Source of the DNA: Candidatus Methylomirabilota bacterium
Lineage (GTDB): Bacteria > Methylomirabilota > Methylomirabilia > Methylomirabilales > 2-02-FULL-66-22
Length of the DNA stretch: 64,000 nucleotides
Direction of reading: 5' to 3'
Assembly: GCA_016209735.1 (NCBI GenBank)
Contig: JACQVN010000009.1
Span: 30,381-94,380, forward strand
Positions 1 to 8,547 of this stretch are shown here, piece after piece. The notes under the pieces are model-generated. The model ran no database searches. It was not told where the DNA came from and saw only the letters and a program-made list of their open reading frames with translations. Within the stretch, counting starts at the first letter, position 1. Each line of letters opens with the position of its first letter. The position numbers were made by a program, and so were the translations under genes.

Positions 1-22
1 GAGGGAAGACACGAGGGAAGAG

Positions 23-391
23 ATGCCGCGCATCATGGTGGTGGACGACGAGCCGGATGCCGTGGAGTTGCTGCAGGAGTTCCTGGTGGCCAAGGGCTAC
101 GAGGTCCTGACGGCGACCGCGGGCGAGGAGGCCTTGCAGAAGGTCCGCGAGGAGCGACCGCACCTGATCCTGCTGGACGTGCGGATGCCCGGGATGAACG
201 GGCTGGAGGTTCTCCGCCGAGTGCGACAGATCGATCAGGAGGTCGGGGTCATCATGGTCACTGCGGTCAACGAAGAGGAAACCGGCCGGGAGGCTCTGGC
301 CCTCGGGGCCTTCGATTACGTGGTGAAACCTCTGGATCTTGCCTACCTGGAACGCAGCCTCTGGTACAAAATCACCACCATGCTGTTGTAA
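23..391 (+). CDS. Stand-alone response regulator receiver (CheY-like REC) protein
   Basis: 122-aa ORF. It has the MVVDDEP acidic pocket, the phospho-acceptor context LILLDVRMPGMNG and the conserved Lys in VVKPLD. There is no output domain. Confidence 0.9.
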   Translation: MPRIMVVDDEPDAVELLQEFLVAKGYEVLTATAGEEALQKVREERPHLILLDVRMPGMNGLEVLRRVRQIDQEVGVIMVTAVNEEETGREALALGAFDYVVKPLDLAYLERSLWYKITTMLL

Positions 392-415
392 GAGCAGTCA
401 GCATTCAGCAGTCAG

Positions 416-642
416 CTGGTTTTTGCGCTGAGCGCGCAAAAACCAAACTGGTGGGGCAAAGAACTTTTTGCACGGGGCTTCCGAACAGTCTCATCAAGGG
501 CACGCGTGATGGGAGGTGCCCCCTGCGATTCGGGTCGTGTTCCATTGTGCGTGAACCACGGGGGGACCTCCTTCTGGAATGGTCGGTGTTTACTCCCAGC
601 GAATCCCACAGGGGTTCCCTGAAGCCTTCGGCGAACACCAGG
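416..642 (+). mobile_element. MITE/PATE-like element, copy 1 (left-end hairpin GGTTTTTGCGC-N5-GCGCAAAAACC; right end degenerate)
   Basis: Aligns end to end with the reverse complement of 15537-15788 and with both ends of 33680-33818. It begins 25 nt after the REC gene stop. Confidence 0.7.
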
Positions 643-743
643 AGACGGTAGTGCTCTAGGCCGCCGGTGCCCTGGGAGCGGTGGGGCTGAGCGGGGATGC
701 CGTCGCGGGGCCTGTTTATCCCCCCGGCGACACGTGAAGCGGC

Positions 744-1118
744 TTGCGGCATGCCTATTGTGGGTTGACAATGGTGCGTGCTATCATCCGGGGTATCCAC
801 GACCACCCGCAGGGGCGGGAGTACCATGTTGCCGCTGGCTCGTCCGTTCTCCGGGTCCTCCTCACGTTCCACGCGCTAGACAGGATGGGAAGGTGGGGGT
901 TGACGGATCGCAAGGTGGTTCAGGCTCTGCTTGGCCCCGAGGAAGTTCTCCGCGGGCACCGGGGTCGGTTCATTGCCCACCGCCGATCCGGGGAACACGT
1001 CGTTCGGGTAGTCGATGAGTACCAGGCGCGGATGCCTGTGGTGATTACGGTGTACTGCCCCTACGCGGAGCGGTACTTCCGGGGGGGAGGGACCTATGAG
1101 GATCGCGTATGCTCCTGA
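744..1118 (+). CDS. DUF4258-like putative toxin (start uncertain; ATG at 771 is an alternative)
   Basis: Motifs TFHALDRM...GLTDRKVV and HVVRVV...VVITVYCP match the DUF4258 pattern. It overlaps the downstream DUF2283 gene by 23 nt. Confidence 0.6.
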   Translation: MRHAYCGLTMVRAIIRGIHDHPQGREYHVAAGSSVLRVLLTFHALDRMGRWGLTDRKVVQALLGPEEVLRGHRGRFIAHRRSGEHVVRVVDEYQARMPVVITVYCPYAERYFRGGGTYEDRVCS

Positions 1119-1305
1119 GGCGGATGTCATGACAATTCAGCTCCGCGAGGGAAAACCCGCCGACTCTCACGATCTGGCGGAGGGGATCATTGTGCATCTG
1201 TCGGCGAGTGGGCAACCACTAGAGATCGAGATTCTGGACGCGTCGAAGGTGGTGCAGAAGAAGGGAATCGAAATCTCCATGGAGGCCCTCTTCTCCGCGG
1301 CATAG
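1096..1305 (+). CDS. DUF2283 family protein (putative antitoxin partner)
   Basis: 69 aa. MRIAYAPEADVMTIQL...GIIVHL...GQPLEIEILDASK is the typical DUF2283 signature. [11 protein letters not shown] lies upstream. Confidence 0.75.
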   Translation: MRIAYAPEADVMTIQLREGKPADSHDLAEGIIVHLSASGQPLEIEILDASKVVQKKGIEISMEALFSAA

Positions 1306-1412
1306 ACTGCCTTCGTTCAATCCCGACCGGTCGCCGATAGCTCCGATTCATGCTTGTTTTGTACTCGTGGTTCCTGGAGCGTGGCGGTTCGAGGGGTGGG
1401 GGAATTGGCACT

Positions 1413-3266
1413 ATGATGCTGAACATGCGCTACAGAGTGGTCGGCTTGCTGGCACTCCTCTTGGCGCTCGGCCCGAGCATGGCCGGTGCGCAGGAGGCCG
1501 CGTACGGCAGCGCGGCGGCGGAGATCGCGGAGAAAGTCGCCCAGGCTTTCCCCAAGGTGGAGGGCCGGGTCATCGGCCTGGAGAAGGAGCGGGTCCTCCT
1601 CGACCTCGGCCAAAAAGAGCGGGTCATCCCCGGTCTGGAGCTGCAGGTCTTCCGGGAAGGGCAGGAGTTCAAGCATCCCTACACCGGCCAGGTGCTGGGG
1701 AAGTTGGATCGGGACGTCGGGCGGGTGCGCATCGTGGAGGTGCGGCCCAATTTCTCCCTGGCCGAGGTCATCCAGCAGTCCGAAGGGACCATGGTCCAGC
1801 AGGGGGATCACGTCCGCGTCACCTCGGCCCGGGTGATCCTGGCCCTGCCCAACGTGGACGTGAGCGACGTGGCCGGGGCCAACACGCGCGCGGTCACCCG
1901 CGACCTCACCAACGCCCTCGTCAAGACCAACCGCTTCGAGGTGATGACCGACCAGCGCATCCGGGGCGCCCTGCAGGAAGAGAAGGTGGCCGCCCCCGAC
2001 CAGTTCACGGATCCCGTTGCGCTCCAGGCCCTGTGGAAGCGGCTGCGAGTCTCGGCGGTCCTGCTGGGAAAGCTCAGCCTGATGGAGAAGGGAGTCCAGT
2101 GGGACGTCCAGGTGATCTCCACCGTGCGGGGGGATTCGGTCACGCTGGCCAGCGCCGAGGTGCGGGGGGCGGCTCCGCGACCGGCCCCCGAGCGGTCGGG
2201 GGCAATGGGCCCCGATCGACCCGCCGACCGGTTCGGGCAGGTCGTGATGCGCTCCCAGGATCTGCCGTATCGCGGGCAGGCCATGGCGGCGGGCGATCTG
2301 ACCGGCGACGGGTCGGTGACGCTGGCCATCTCCGACGGCCAGGACGTGTACCTCTATGCCATCGGGAAGGCGGGCCTGAAGGAGCTGGCCAAGATCTCCG
2401 GCTATCCGACTGACAGCATCATCGCGCTGGACGCCGCCGACATCAACAAGAATGGGGTGGCGGAGATCTTCGTCACCAACACCACCGACCAGGGCCTCCG
2501 GTCCTATGTGCTGGAGTATCTGCAGGGGAAGTTCACCAAGATTCTGACGGATCTCCCGCTCAATTTCCGGGTGCTGACGGGGACCGACGGGGTCCCGCGA
2601 CTCTACGGCCAGGAAGGAGCGCGGGACGAGCCGTTCCGCGGCGACGTGCGGGAGTACACGTGGCAGGGGAAGGCGTACGTGCCGGGCCAGGCGGCGGTCC
2701 GGCTTCCCAAGGAGCACAAGCTGCTGTACGGCTTCGCCGTGGCCGATCTGGACGGGGACGGCGTAGAGGAGATCCTGGTCCTGGACCAGCAAGATCGCCT
2801 CAGCATCTACGATCGCGGGGGGACCGAAGTGTACCGCACCACAGACCGCTACGGCGGCTCGGAGACCGTTGTGGAGTACTATCCACGGGGGACGGCACCG
2901 CACACCAGGAGCGGCCTGGAGCCCATCCGGATCATGGTGCAGGGACGGATCATGGTCCATGACATCTTCGGCGATGGCAAGCGCAGCATCGTGCTGCCGC
3001 AAAACACGGCGTCGACCGGCTACATGTTTCGTACCCGCCTGTACAACAAGGGGAAGGTTTTCGGCATCGCCTGGGACGGGGTCGGCGTGTTGCCGATGTG
3101 GGAAAGCCGGGAGTTCCCCGGCTACCTCGCCGACTTCGCCCTGGTGGATTTCGACGGGAGCGGACAATGGCGCCTGGTGGGGCTGTCCGTGAGGAACACG
3201 CTGTTCGGTGTCGCCCGGATCCAGAGCATGGTTGTCGTTTTCGACCTCAAGGCGCCAGGGAAGTAG
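1413..3266 (+). CDS. Secreted FG-GAP/VCBS-repeat protein with an N-terminal LpoB/CsgG-like domain
   Basis: Signal peptide MMLNMRYRVVGLLALLLALGPSMAGA. Repeated GDLTGDG, DINKNGVAEI, DLDGDGVEEI, FGDGKRS and DFDGSG motifs. The stop TAG is part of a GTAG REP element. Confidence 0.75.
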   Translation: MMLNMRYRVVGLLALLLALGPSMAGAQEAAYGSAAAEIAEKVAQAFPKVEGRVIGLEKERVLLDLGQKERVIPGLELQVFREGQEFKHPYTGQVLGKLDRDVGRVRIVEVRPNFSLAEVIQQSEGTMVQQGDHVRVTSARVILALPNVDVSDVAGANTRAVTRDLTNALVKTNRFEVMTDQRIRGALQEEKVAAPDQFTDPVALQALWKRLRVSAVLLGKLSLMEKGVQWDVQVISTVRGDSVTLASAEVRGAAPRPAPERSGAMGPDRPADRFGQVVMRSQDLPYRGQAMAAGDLTGDGSVTLAISDGQDVYLYAIGKAGLKELAKISGYPTDSIIALDAADINKNGVAEIFVTNTTDQGLRSYVLEYLQGKFTKILTDLPLNFRVLTGTDGVPRLYGQEGARDEPFRGDVREYTWQGKAYVPGQAAVRLPKEHKLLYGFAVADLDGDGVEEILVLDQQDRLSIYDRGGTEVYRTTDRYGGSETVVEYYPRGTAPHTRSGLEPIRIMVQGRIMVHDIFGDGKRSIVLPQNTASTGYMFRTRLYNKGKVFGIAWDGVGVLPMWESREFPGYLADFALVDFDGSGQWRLVGLSVRNTLFGVARIQSMVVVFDLKAPGK

Positions 3267-3290
3267 GGGCGGCCCTGTGTGGCCGCCCGG
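3263..3290 (+). repeat. GTAG-REP hairpin (GTAGGGGCGGCC-N6-GGCCGCCC), copy 1
   Basis: GTAG followed by the inverted repeat GGGCGGCC/GGCCGCCC. Its TAG is the stop codon of the upstream CDS. Confidence 0.8.
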
Positions 3291-3372
3291 CACAGGGCAC
3301 AGCGCACAGGGCACAGCGCACAGGGCACAGCGCACAGGGCACAGCGCACAGGGCACGGGGCACAGCGCACGG
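3290..3372 (+). repeat. Octamer tandem array (GCACAGSG)n
   Basis: About ten consecutive GCACAGGG/GCACAGCG units read directly. Confidence 0.9.
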
Positions 3373-3377
3373 GGTTG

Positions 3378-3408
3378 GGTGTAGGGGCGGCCCCATGTGG
3401 CCGCCCGG
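3378..3408 (+). repeat. GTAG-REP hairpin, copy 2
   Basis: GGTGTAGGGGCGGCCCCATGTGGCCGCCCGG. Confidence 0.85.
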
Positions 3409-3431
3409 CAGCAGGCAGAAGTCAGCGTTCG

Positions 3432-3462
3432 GGTGTAGGGGCGGCCCCATGTGGCCGCCCGG
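3432..3462 (+). repeat. GTAG-REP hairpin, copy 3
   Basis: Identical 31-mer to copy 2, in direct orientation 54 nt downstream. Confidence 0.85.
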
Positions 3463-3760
3463 CAGCAGGCTGGGGAACAGACTGTGGACCATGGACAATG
3501 GACAGCAGGGCGCGGTGAACGTGAAACGTGGAACGTTGAACGTGCGAAGGGCCCCGAACCCCCGAACCCGCCTGCGGCGGATCTCCGTCCCGCCACAGGC
3601 GGGACTCCGACCCGTACTGCCGTACCGTCGCACTCCCGAACCCGTTCCTGTTCCTGTATCGTCCTACCCCCGTACCCCCGTACGGTCTTTACCATGCGCT
3701 TTGCGCCATGCGCCTTGCGCTTTGCGCCACGCGCCACCTGTGGCGGGGGTGCGATAGGTG
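3463..3760. repeat. Composite spacer of short repeat modules
   Basis: Module order is GGACCAT units, AACGTGR units, a CCCGCC...GGCGGG hairpin, CCGTACC units, then CATGCGC/TTGCGCC units. The same order is seen at 6937-7215 and 34716-34810. Confidence 0.8.
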
Positions 3761-4252
3761 CTGTGGCGGGGAGGCCACGCGGGGGGCGGGTGACAGGGTG
3801 GGGCGCCTGCGGGATCCCTTGATTTGGCGCGATATTCCTGATTCCGATGGCCGTGGCATGGCCGGTGCATCTTGCTCGAAGGCCCAGGGAGACTACAGCC
3901 TGTTGACAACGGCAACTTGTTGGACGTTCCAACGGAAAAAAAGTGTTGACAAAGCCGCGGAGTAGTTGGTAAGGTCGCGCCCGTTATCGGGATTATCCCT
4001 GTCCGTGGATTTTCGGCAGGGGCTTTTCATACAGTCGCCGGGGCGGCGTCTGAGACTGTGAAGACAGGAAACACGGGCTTCTATTCGGTTCGTCGGAAGT
4101 GGGTAACGCCTCGGCTGTGGCGAGGGCGACAGCAACAGGGAAAAGGGGGGATGTGAAACCGCGAGAGACGATGAGAGACTTGCACAAGGGCTTTACCCAG
4201 AAGGTCCGCAAAACGTCCGAAAAGGGTTGACTTCTGAATGGAGGGTGACCTG

Positions 4253-5611
4253 ATGAGAAAGTTCTTGCAGGTAGTGGGCATCGCGGCTCTCGCGATCCTC
4301 GTTGCCGCACCGGCTATGGCGATCGATTTCCAGATGAGGGGGTCGTACCGGGTGCGCCTTTACAGTGCCGATGCGTACGGGACTGAGACGGCCACCGTGG
4401 CAACCAGCCCGTTCGTGAAGAGCACCCCGAACGCGCGGAACCAGGCCGATATCCGCTTCCGGCCGTGGTTCATTGCCCGGGATGACAAGGGGAACCTCGA
4501 GAGCGGCGTCCGCTTCGAGATCGGCGACATCAACTTCGGGTCAGCCGGCGGCGGCGGGACGGGCACTGACGGCATCAACGTCGAGACCAAGTGGGCCTAT
4601 ATCGACTTCCAGCTTCCCTTTGGCCTGCCGGCCCGGCTGCGCGGCGGCCTTCAGGGCTTCTACCTGCCCAAGGGCATGATCCTGGACGACGACGCGGGCG
4701 GCCTCCGGCTCTACGGCAAGTCCGGGATGGTCGGCTACGAGGCTTTCTGGTTTGTCGTCAACGATATCGTGAACGGCGGCACGCAGGCCGTCGGCGGGAC
4801 CCTCGTCGGTCCGGCCAACGACGACATCGATGTGTACGGGGCGAAGGTCGATCTGGCGCTGGGCCCGGCCTTCAACCCCTACGTCTATGGCGTCTATCGC
4901 CACGGTAGCGTGGTGCAGGCGGTGAATATCGGCACGACCCCGAATACCGCCTCGTCCGACGGCTACTGGCTTGGGGCCGGGGCCACGGGCAAGCTGGGCA
5001 TGGTTGTCTACGATATCGACGTGGTCTACGGCTACGACGAGCCGCACCTGGCGGATGGCGTCGGGGCTGCTGCCAAGCGCAGGGGCTGGCAGATGGACGG
5101 CGGCGTGGAGTTCCCGATCGGTCCGGCGGCGATCGGCCTCCGCGGCACGTATGCCAGCGGCGACAACGCCGCCACGGCGACCACGAACGAGGACCTCCCC
5201 AGCCTCCGGAACACGCCCGGCACCGGCAGCATGGGCAGCTACACGCCCAAGGGCGTCCAGGTCTTCTGGAACTCGAATGGCAGCGCCTACTGGCGCGGCG
5301 GCTACGCGTCCACCGCCGGCAACATCTGGGGTATCGGCGGCTACGTGCAGTACTACCCGGTGAAGGCGTTGCTGACGCGCATCGCCTACTTCTATGCGGG
5401 CGCATCGAAGTCGAACACCAACTTCTTCACCGGCAAGGCGACCTACGGCCAAGAGATCAACCTGCTGGGTGAATACACGATTTGGACCGGCATGAAGGTG
5501 TGGGGTTTTGCCGGCGTGTTCCTCGTCCCCAGCAAGGGCCGGGCGCCGGGTGCCGAAGTTGACCTGAAGGATGCGGTGGTATTCTCCACTGGTGTCCAGC
5601 ACGACTTCTAA
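4253..5611 (+). CDS. Outer-membrane porin-like beta-barrel protein
   Basis: Signal peptide MRKFLQVVGIAALAILVAAPAMA. Alternating Gly/aromatic-rich strands and a C-terminal ...GVQHDF ending in Phe. A GGAGGG RBS lies 7 nt upstream of ATG 4253. Confidence 0.7.
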   Translation: MRKFLQVVGIAALAILVAAPAMAIDFQMRGSYRVRLYSADAYGTETATVATSPFVKSTPNARNQADIRFRPWFIARDDKGNLESGVRFEIGDINFGSAGGGGTGTDGINVETKWAYIDFQLPFGLPARLRGGLQGFYLPKGMILDDDAGGLRLYGKSGMVGYEAFWFVVNDIVNGGTQAVGGTLVGPANDDIDVYGAKVDLALGPAFNPYVYGVYRHGSVVQAVNIGTTPNTASSDGYWLGAGATGKLGMVVYDIDVVYGYDEPHLADGVGAAAKRRGWQMDGGVEFPIGPAAIGLRGTYASGDNAATATTNEDLPSLRNTPGTGSMGSYTPKGVQVFWNSNGSAYWRGGYASTAGNIWGIGGYVQYYPVKALLTRIAYFYAGASKSNTNFFTGKATYGQEINLLGEYTIWTGMKVWGFAGVFLVPSKGRAPGAEVDLKDAVVFSTGVQHDF

Positions 5612-5640
5612 CCCAGGCCCGCGAGCTTCAGCCTTCAAGA

Positions 5641-5674
5641 GCCCCAGGGGAGCGATCCCCTGGGGCTTTCTTTT
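5641..5674 (+). terminator. Rho-independent terminator of the porin gene
   Basis: GCCCCAGGGG-agcgat-CCCCTGGGGC followed by TTTCTTTT. Confidence 0.85.
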
Positions 5675-5780
5675 ATTGGCGAGCGTTCACCAAAAATAGG
5701 GGACGTTGCGCTACAAGTTCTATAACTCCTCCCCCCTCACTCGAGGCATTGAGAACCTTCGGCTCGGGGCCTCATGGCCT

Positions 5781-5857
5781 TATCAGCGATCAGCGATCGG
5801 CTTTCAGCGAAGGGCTAGAGATGCGGGCTGATAGCTGAATACTGAACGCTGATAGCC
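5781..5857. repeat. Heptamer (ATCAGCG)n with a partially inverted partner (GCTGATA)n
   Basis: tatcagcgatcagcgatcgg ... gctgatagctgaatactgaacgctgatagcc. Confidence 0.6.
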
Positions 5858-5921
5858 TTCCTTTTCCCTTGCGGCGCCGTTTCGCGGCGTGGTAGACTCG
5901 CTTTGCGACGAGGGAAAAGGC

Positions 5922-6317
5922 ATGAGCGTTTACGATCAGATCAAGCAAGCCTTTCAGGATATCGTTGCGCCGGAAATCCGGACCCTCCAGTCCGAGATTC
6001 GGCGTCTCGACGAGAAGATCGACTCGGGGTTGAAGCATCTCGACGAGAAGATCGACTCGGGATTGAAGCGCCTCGATGAGAAGATGGACACAGGCTTCAA
6101 GGCGCTGGACGGAAAACTGGACGCCAGGTTTGCGCACCTCGACGAGAAGATCGGCATCACGTCCCAAAGCCTGGACGGCAAGCTCACTTCGTTTCGGGGG
6201 GAGATCCTCTCCGAGATTCGCCGATTGGACGGGCGGCTCGACTCGCTGGAGCGAGAACTGAAGCTGGCCATCGAGATTCGGGAGCGTCTGGCGCTGTTGG
6301 AGGGGAAGATTCGCTGA
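5922..6317 (+). CDS. Small coiled-coil protein built of 11-residue repeats (function unknown)
   Basis: LDEKIDSGLKH / LDEKIDSGLKR / LDEKMDTGFKA / LDGKLDARFAH / LDEKIGITSQS / LDGKLTSFRGE. ATG 5922 is preceded by GAGGGAAAAGG. Confidence 0.6.
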   Translation: MSVYDQIKQAFQDIVAPEIRTLQSEIRRLDEKIDSGLKHLDEKIDSGLKRLDEKMDTGFKALDGKLDARFAHLDEKIGITSQSLDGKLTSFRGEILSEIRRLDGRLDSLERELKLAIEIRERLALLEGKIR

Positions 6318-6340
6318 GGCCGGATATCGTTCGTCTCGTC

Positions 6341-6958
6341 TTGCGCGTTGGACTGTTCGGCGGCCTCCTCGTCCTGCCGTGGGTATCTTTGCTCGAATCG
6401 AGCCTTCCGGCTCTCCCACCCGCTTTCCGGCAATCGCCGGCCATCCAAACAGCCATGCAGGCGATCACCCATCTCGGCCTCGGGTGGGTGGACATCGGCC
6501 TGTTCGTAGCCCTCCTGACTGCTGGCTGGTGGCGGCGGTGGCCGGAAGGTCGCAGGATCGGCCTGTACGGCGCGCTGGCGGTGTCCGGCGCGGGGCTTCT
6601 GGATCAGCTTCTCAAACAGTTCTCCTGCCGCGCACGTCCCAACGCAGCCGAAGCCGGTCTTTTCTTCGCCAAGTTTCCGTGTGTTTTCGATGGCTATGCC
6701 TATTCCTCTTTTCCGTCCGGTCATGCGACCACGGCCTTCGCAGCAGCCGCGTTCCTGGCGCTCTGGAGGCCCCGGCTGGCGATCCCGGCCTTCCTGCTGG
6801 CCGCGCTGGTCGCCCTGTCCCGCGTCTATCTCGGCGCGCACTTCCCGTCCGACGTCCTGGCGGGGGCGCTCCTGGGGACCAGCGCGGCCATGGCGGGATG
6901 GCGGTGGGTCGAGCGGAAGGGAGGAGGGGAGCAGAGAACGTTGAACGTGGAACGTTGA
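6341..6958 (+). CDS. PAP2-family phosphatase (type 2 phosphatidic acid / undecaprenyl-diphosphate phosphatase family)
   Basis: Has the PAP2 motifs SFPSGHAT and SRVYLGAHFPSDV plus multiple TM segments. The C-terminal residues and the stop are encoded by the AACGTG repeat. Confidence 0.8.
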   Translation: MRVGLFGGLLVLPWVSLLESSLPALPPAFRQSPAIQTAMQAITHLGLGWVDIGLFVALLTAGWWRRWPEGRRIGLYGALAVSGAGLLDQLLKQFSCRARPNAAEAGLFFAKFPCVFDGYAYSSFPSGHATTAFAAAAFLALWRPRLAIPAFLLAALVALSRVYLGAHFPSDVLAGALLGTSAAMAGWRWVERKGGGEQRTLNVER

Positions 6959-7215
6959 ACGTGCGAAGGCCGCCGTACCGCCGTACCGCCGTACTGCTTT
7001 TACCATGAGCTATGAGCCATGAGCCCGGTCCAGGGAAGCAGGGAGCAGAGGGGCACGGGAGCTGGGGGAGCGGAGGGGCGAAGGAGCAGGGAGGGACGGA
7101 CCGTGGACCATGGACGATAGACCACGGACAATGGGAACGCATAGGGGCAGAGGGGCTCAGAGGAACGGATCATGGACCATAGACCATGGACCATGGATGA
7201 TGGACGATGGACCGC
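6937..7215. repeat. Composite spacer: AACGTGR units, CCGTACCG units, CATGAGC units, G-rich stretch, GGACCAT units
   Basis: Tandem units read directly. The module order matches 3516-3735. Confidence 0.8.
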
Positions 7216-7419
7216 CGGCGAACCTTTGGCCGCCCGCGGCGGTTATGCATTGAGAGGGACTGGCGAACCAGAGGCAATGCAAAACTGGCAACCGGCAGAG
7301 GAAGTGCCGACAACGGACCACTGACTGCTTAGAGGCTGTGGAAGAATCCCAGGAGCAACCAGTGGTGCGATGGCTCGCATCTGCCTGGACACGACATCGC
7401 CGTACAGCTAACCCGGGTT

Positions 7420-7583
7420 AAATCCCCCTAACCCCCCTTTACAAAAGGGGGGCGGAGGGGGGATTGCGAAAGGGGGGCGGAGGCCTGTGTGCGCCAAGCG
7501 AAGCGCCTGCCTGCCCCGCCCGCGGCGCAGGCAGATCGCACGCAGACAGGCGATGCAGACAGGCGGCAGGCAGGGGGGATTTC
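7420..7583. repeat. AATCCCCC...CCCCCTTT-N-AAAGGGGG...GGGGGATT palindrome carrying a nested CCTGCCTG/CAGGCAGG element (7484-7574)
   Basis: The right arm ...GCGGAGG / GGGGATTT is interrupted by about 90 nt. The same architecture occurs at 33535-33623. Confidence 0.75.
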
Positions 7584-7734
7584 GGGTGGTTGAGATGGTC
7601 TGAGCAACGAGCCTTTGCTTCCCACGGCTGCCGCAAGCGGTGACCGCCGGTCCAGCGATCGGTCTTGTCGTGCGGACGGGGGGAGTGGCTTTACCTGAAT
7701 CTTCCACCGCTGTCCGTTTTACCCCCCCAGATAG

Positions 7735-7939
7735 TGCAAAGATATCTTTCTACGGCGCTTTCGAGCAGTTCCACCGAGTGAACGCGTGGTGGGGCGCGAA
7801 ATTCGGGTCTCCTGCGGTCGCGCGTAACCGTCGGGGTTACCTGCTCTCGGGTTGGCCGTTGGTTGCTCCCGATCGATCTAACGGAGGTTCCCCGAGGTCT
7901 TTCACTCCTGATTTTTTGCGCGCTCAGCGCAAGAACCAG
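7735..7939 (+). mobile_element. MITE/PATE-like element, copy 4 (diverged; only the right-end hairpin is retained)
   Basis: Collinear similarity to the core of copy 1/2. Ends in TTTTTTGCGCGCTCAGCGCAAGAACCAG. Confidence 0.5.
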
Positions 7940-8010
7940 ATTTTTACATTTTGCATTCTCCGTTGTCTGTCTTTCCATAGGGCCGCATGCCATGCGGCTT
8001 GGAGGGTGAG

Positions 8011-8547
8011 ATGTCCACGAAGGTTCTCTCACTGGCGGCGGGGATCCTCCTTCTGGCGGGTTGCGCGGGGATGGGGGCGGGAGGGAGCAGTAGCTCTGTC
8101 TTTGCCCCGTATCCTCCGCCGGGCATGGACCATCAAGTGGGCGCAGAACACGTCGAGCTGTTCTGGCGCTGCCTTCGGCCGGAGCCGGGACTGCTCAGGC
8201 TGGACGGGCTGGCGATGAATCGCAGTTCGCCACATCCGGTGCAATTCTTCAAGGCGGAGCTCGTCGGCGTGGATGCTGGTGAGCGGACACGCTCCTCCGG
8301 CCGAGCGGAGGCGCGGGACATCGTGATCCGCACCTACGAGGCGTCCCCCTTCGAGATCGTGCTCAGGGAGGGTGGGGACGAGGTGCGCTTTGACCTTTAC
8401 TACGATTACCAGGCTCAGATCCCGGATCATATTATCCTCTCTGCTGGTGCGCGGTTTCGCATGTTCGCTTACTATCAGCGCTACCTAGCGAGGGATGCCT
8501 GCAATCCCGCAGCGCACCGGTCAGGTCCCAGTTCGATCACGCAGTGA
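8011..8547 (+). CDS. Lipoprotein of unknown function
   Basis: MSTKVLSLAAGILLLAGC lipobox. A GGAGGG RBS lies 5 nt upstream of ATG 8011. The stop overlaps the ATG of the PAP2 fragment. Confidence 0.6.
   Translation: MSTKVLSLAAGILLLAGCAGMGAGGSSSSVFAPYPPPGMDHQVGAEHVELFWRCLRPEPGLLRLDGLAMNRSSPHPVQFFKAELVGVDAGERTRSSGRAEARDIVIRTYEASPFEIVLREGGDEVRFDLYYDYQAQIPDHIILSAGARFRMFAYYQRYLARDACNPAAHRSGPSSITQ

Noticed and set aside
3263-3760. Possible CRISPR array. Regularly repeated short sequences occur here and at 20812-21330 and 34430-35232.
   Set aside because: Units are only 7-8 nt and directly abutting, with no unique spacers. The 31-nt REP copies are separated by other repeats rather than by spacers of constant length. 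No cas genes are present in the window.
1317-3932. 871-aa minus-strand ORF. Similar very long antisense or alternative-frame ORFs include 53823-56954 (-), 24217-26115 (-), 32176-34635 (-), 45220-47061 (-) and 31959-33824 (+).
   Set aside because: They lie antisense to, or out of frame with, genes that have clear conserved motifs. Their translations are Arg/Pro/Gly-rich low-complexity sequence typical of shadow ORFs in GC-rich DNA, and several read straight through tandem repeats.
3946-3975. Candidate promoter TTGACA-18 nt-TAAGGT, which would give a roughly 270-nt leader for the porin gene, and a possible riboswitch in that leader.
   Set aside because: The -10 element is weak, and I could not recognise any known riboswitch core in 3976-4252. 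It is kept only as a note.
6937-7006. Recurrent minus-strand mini-ORF starting in the CATGAG repeat: MVKAVRRYGG..ARSTFHV here, MVKTVRGYGG...ARSTFHV at about 3520-3700, and MIRTVRP..KRSTFHV at about 34740-34810.
   Set aside because: The similarity is a by-product of the shared nucleotide repeats. There is no RBS, no conserved stop, and the frame runs antisense into the neighbouring genes.
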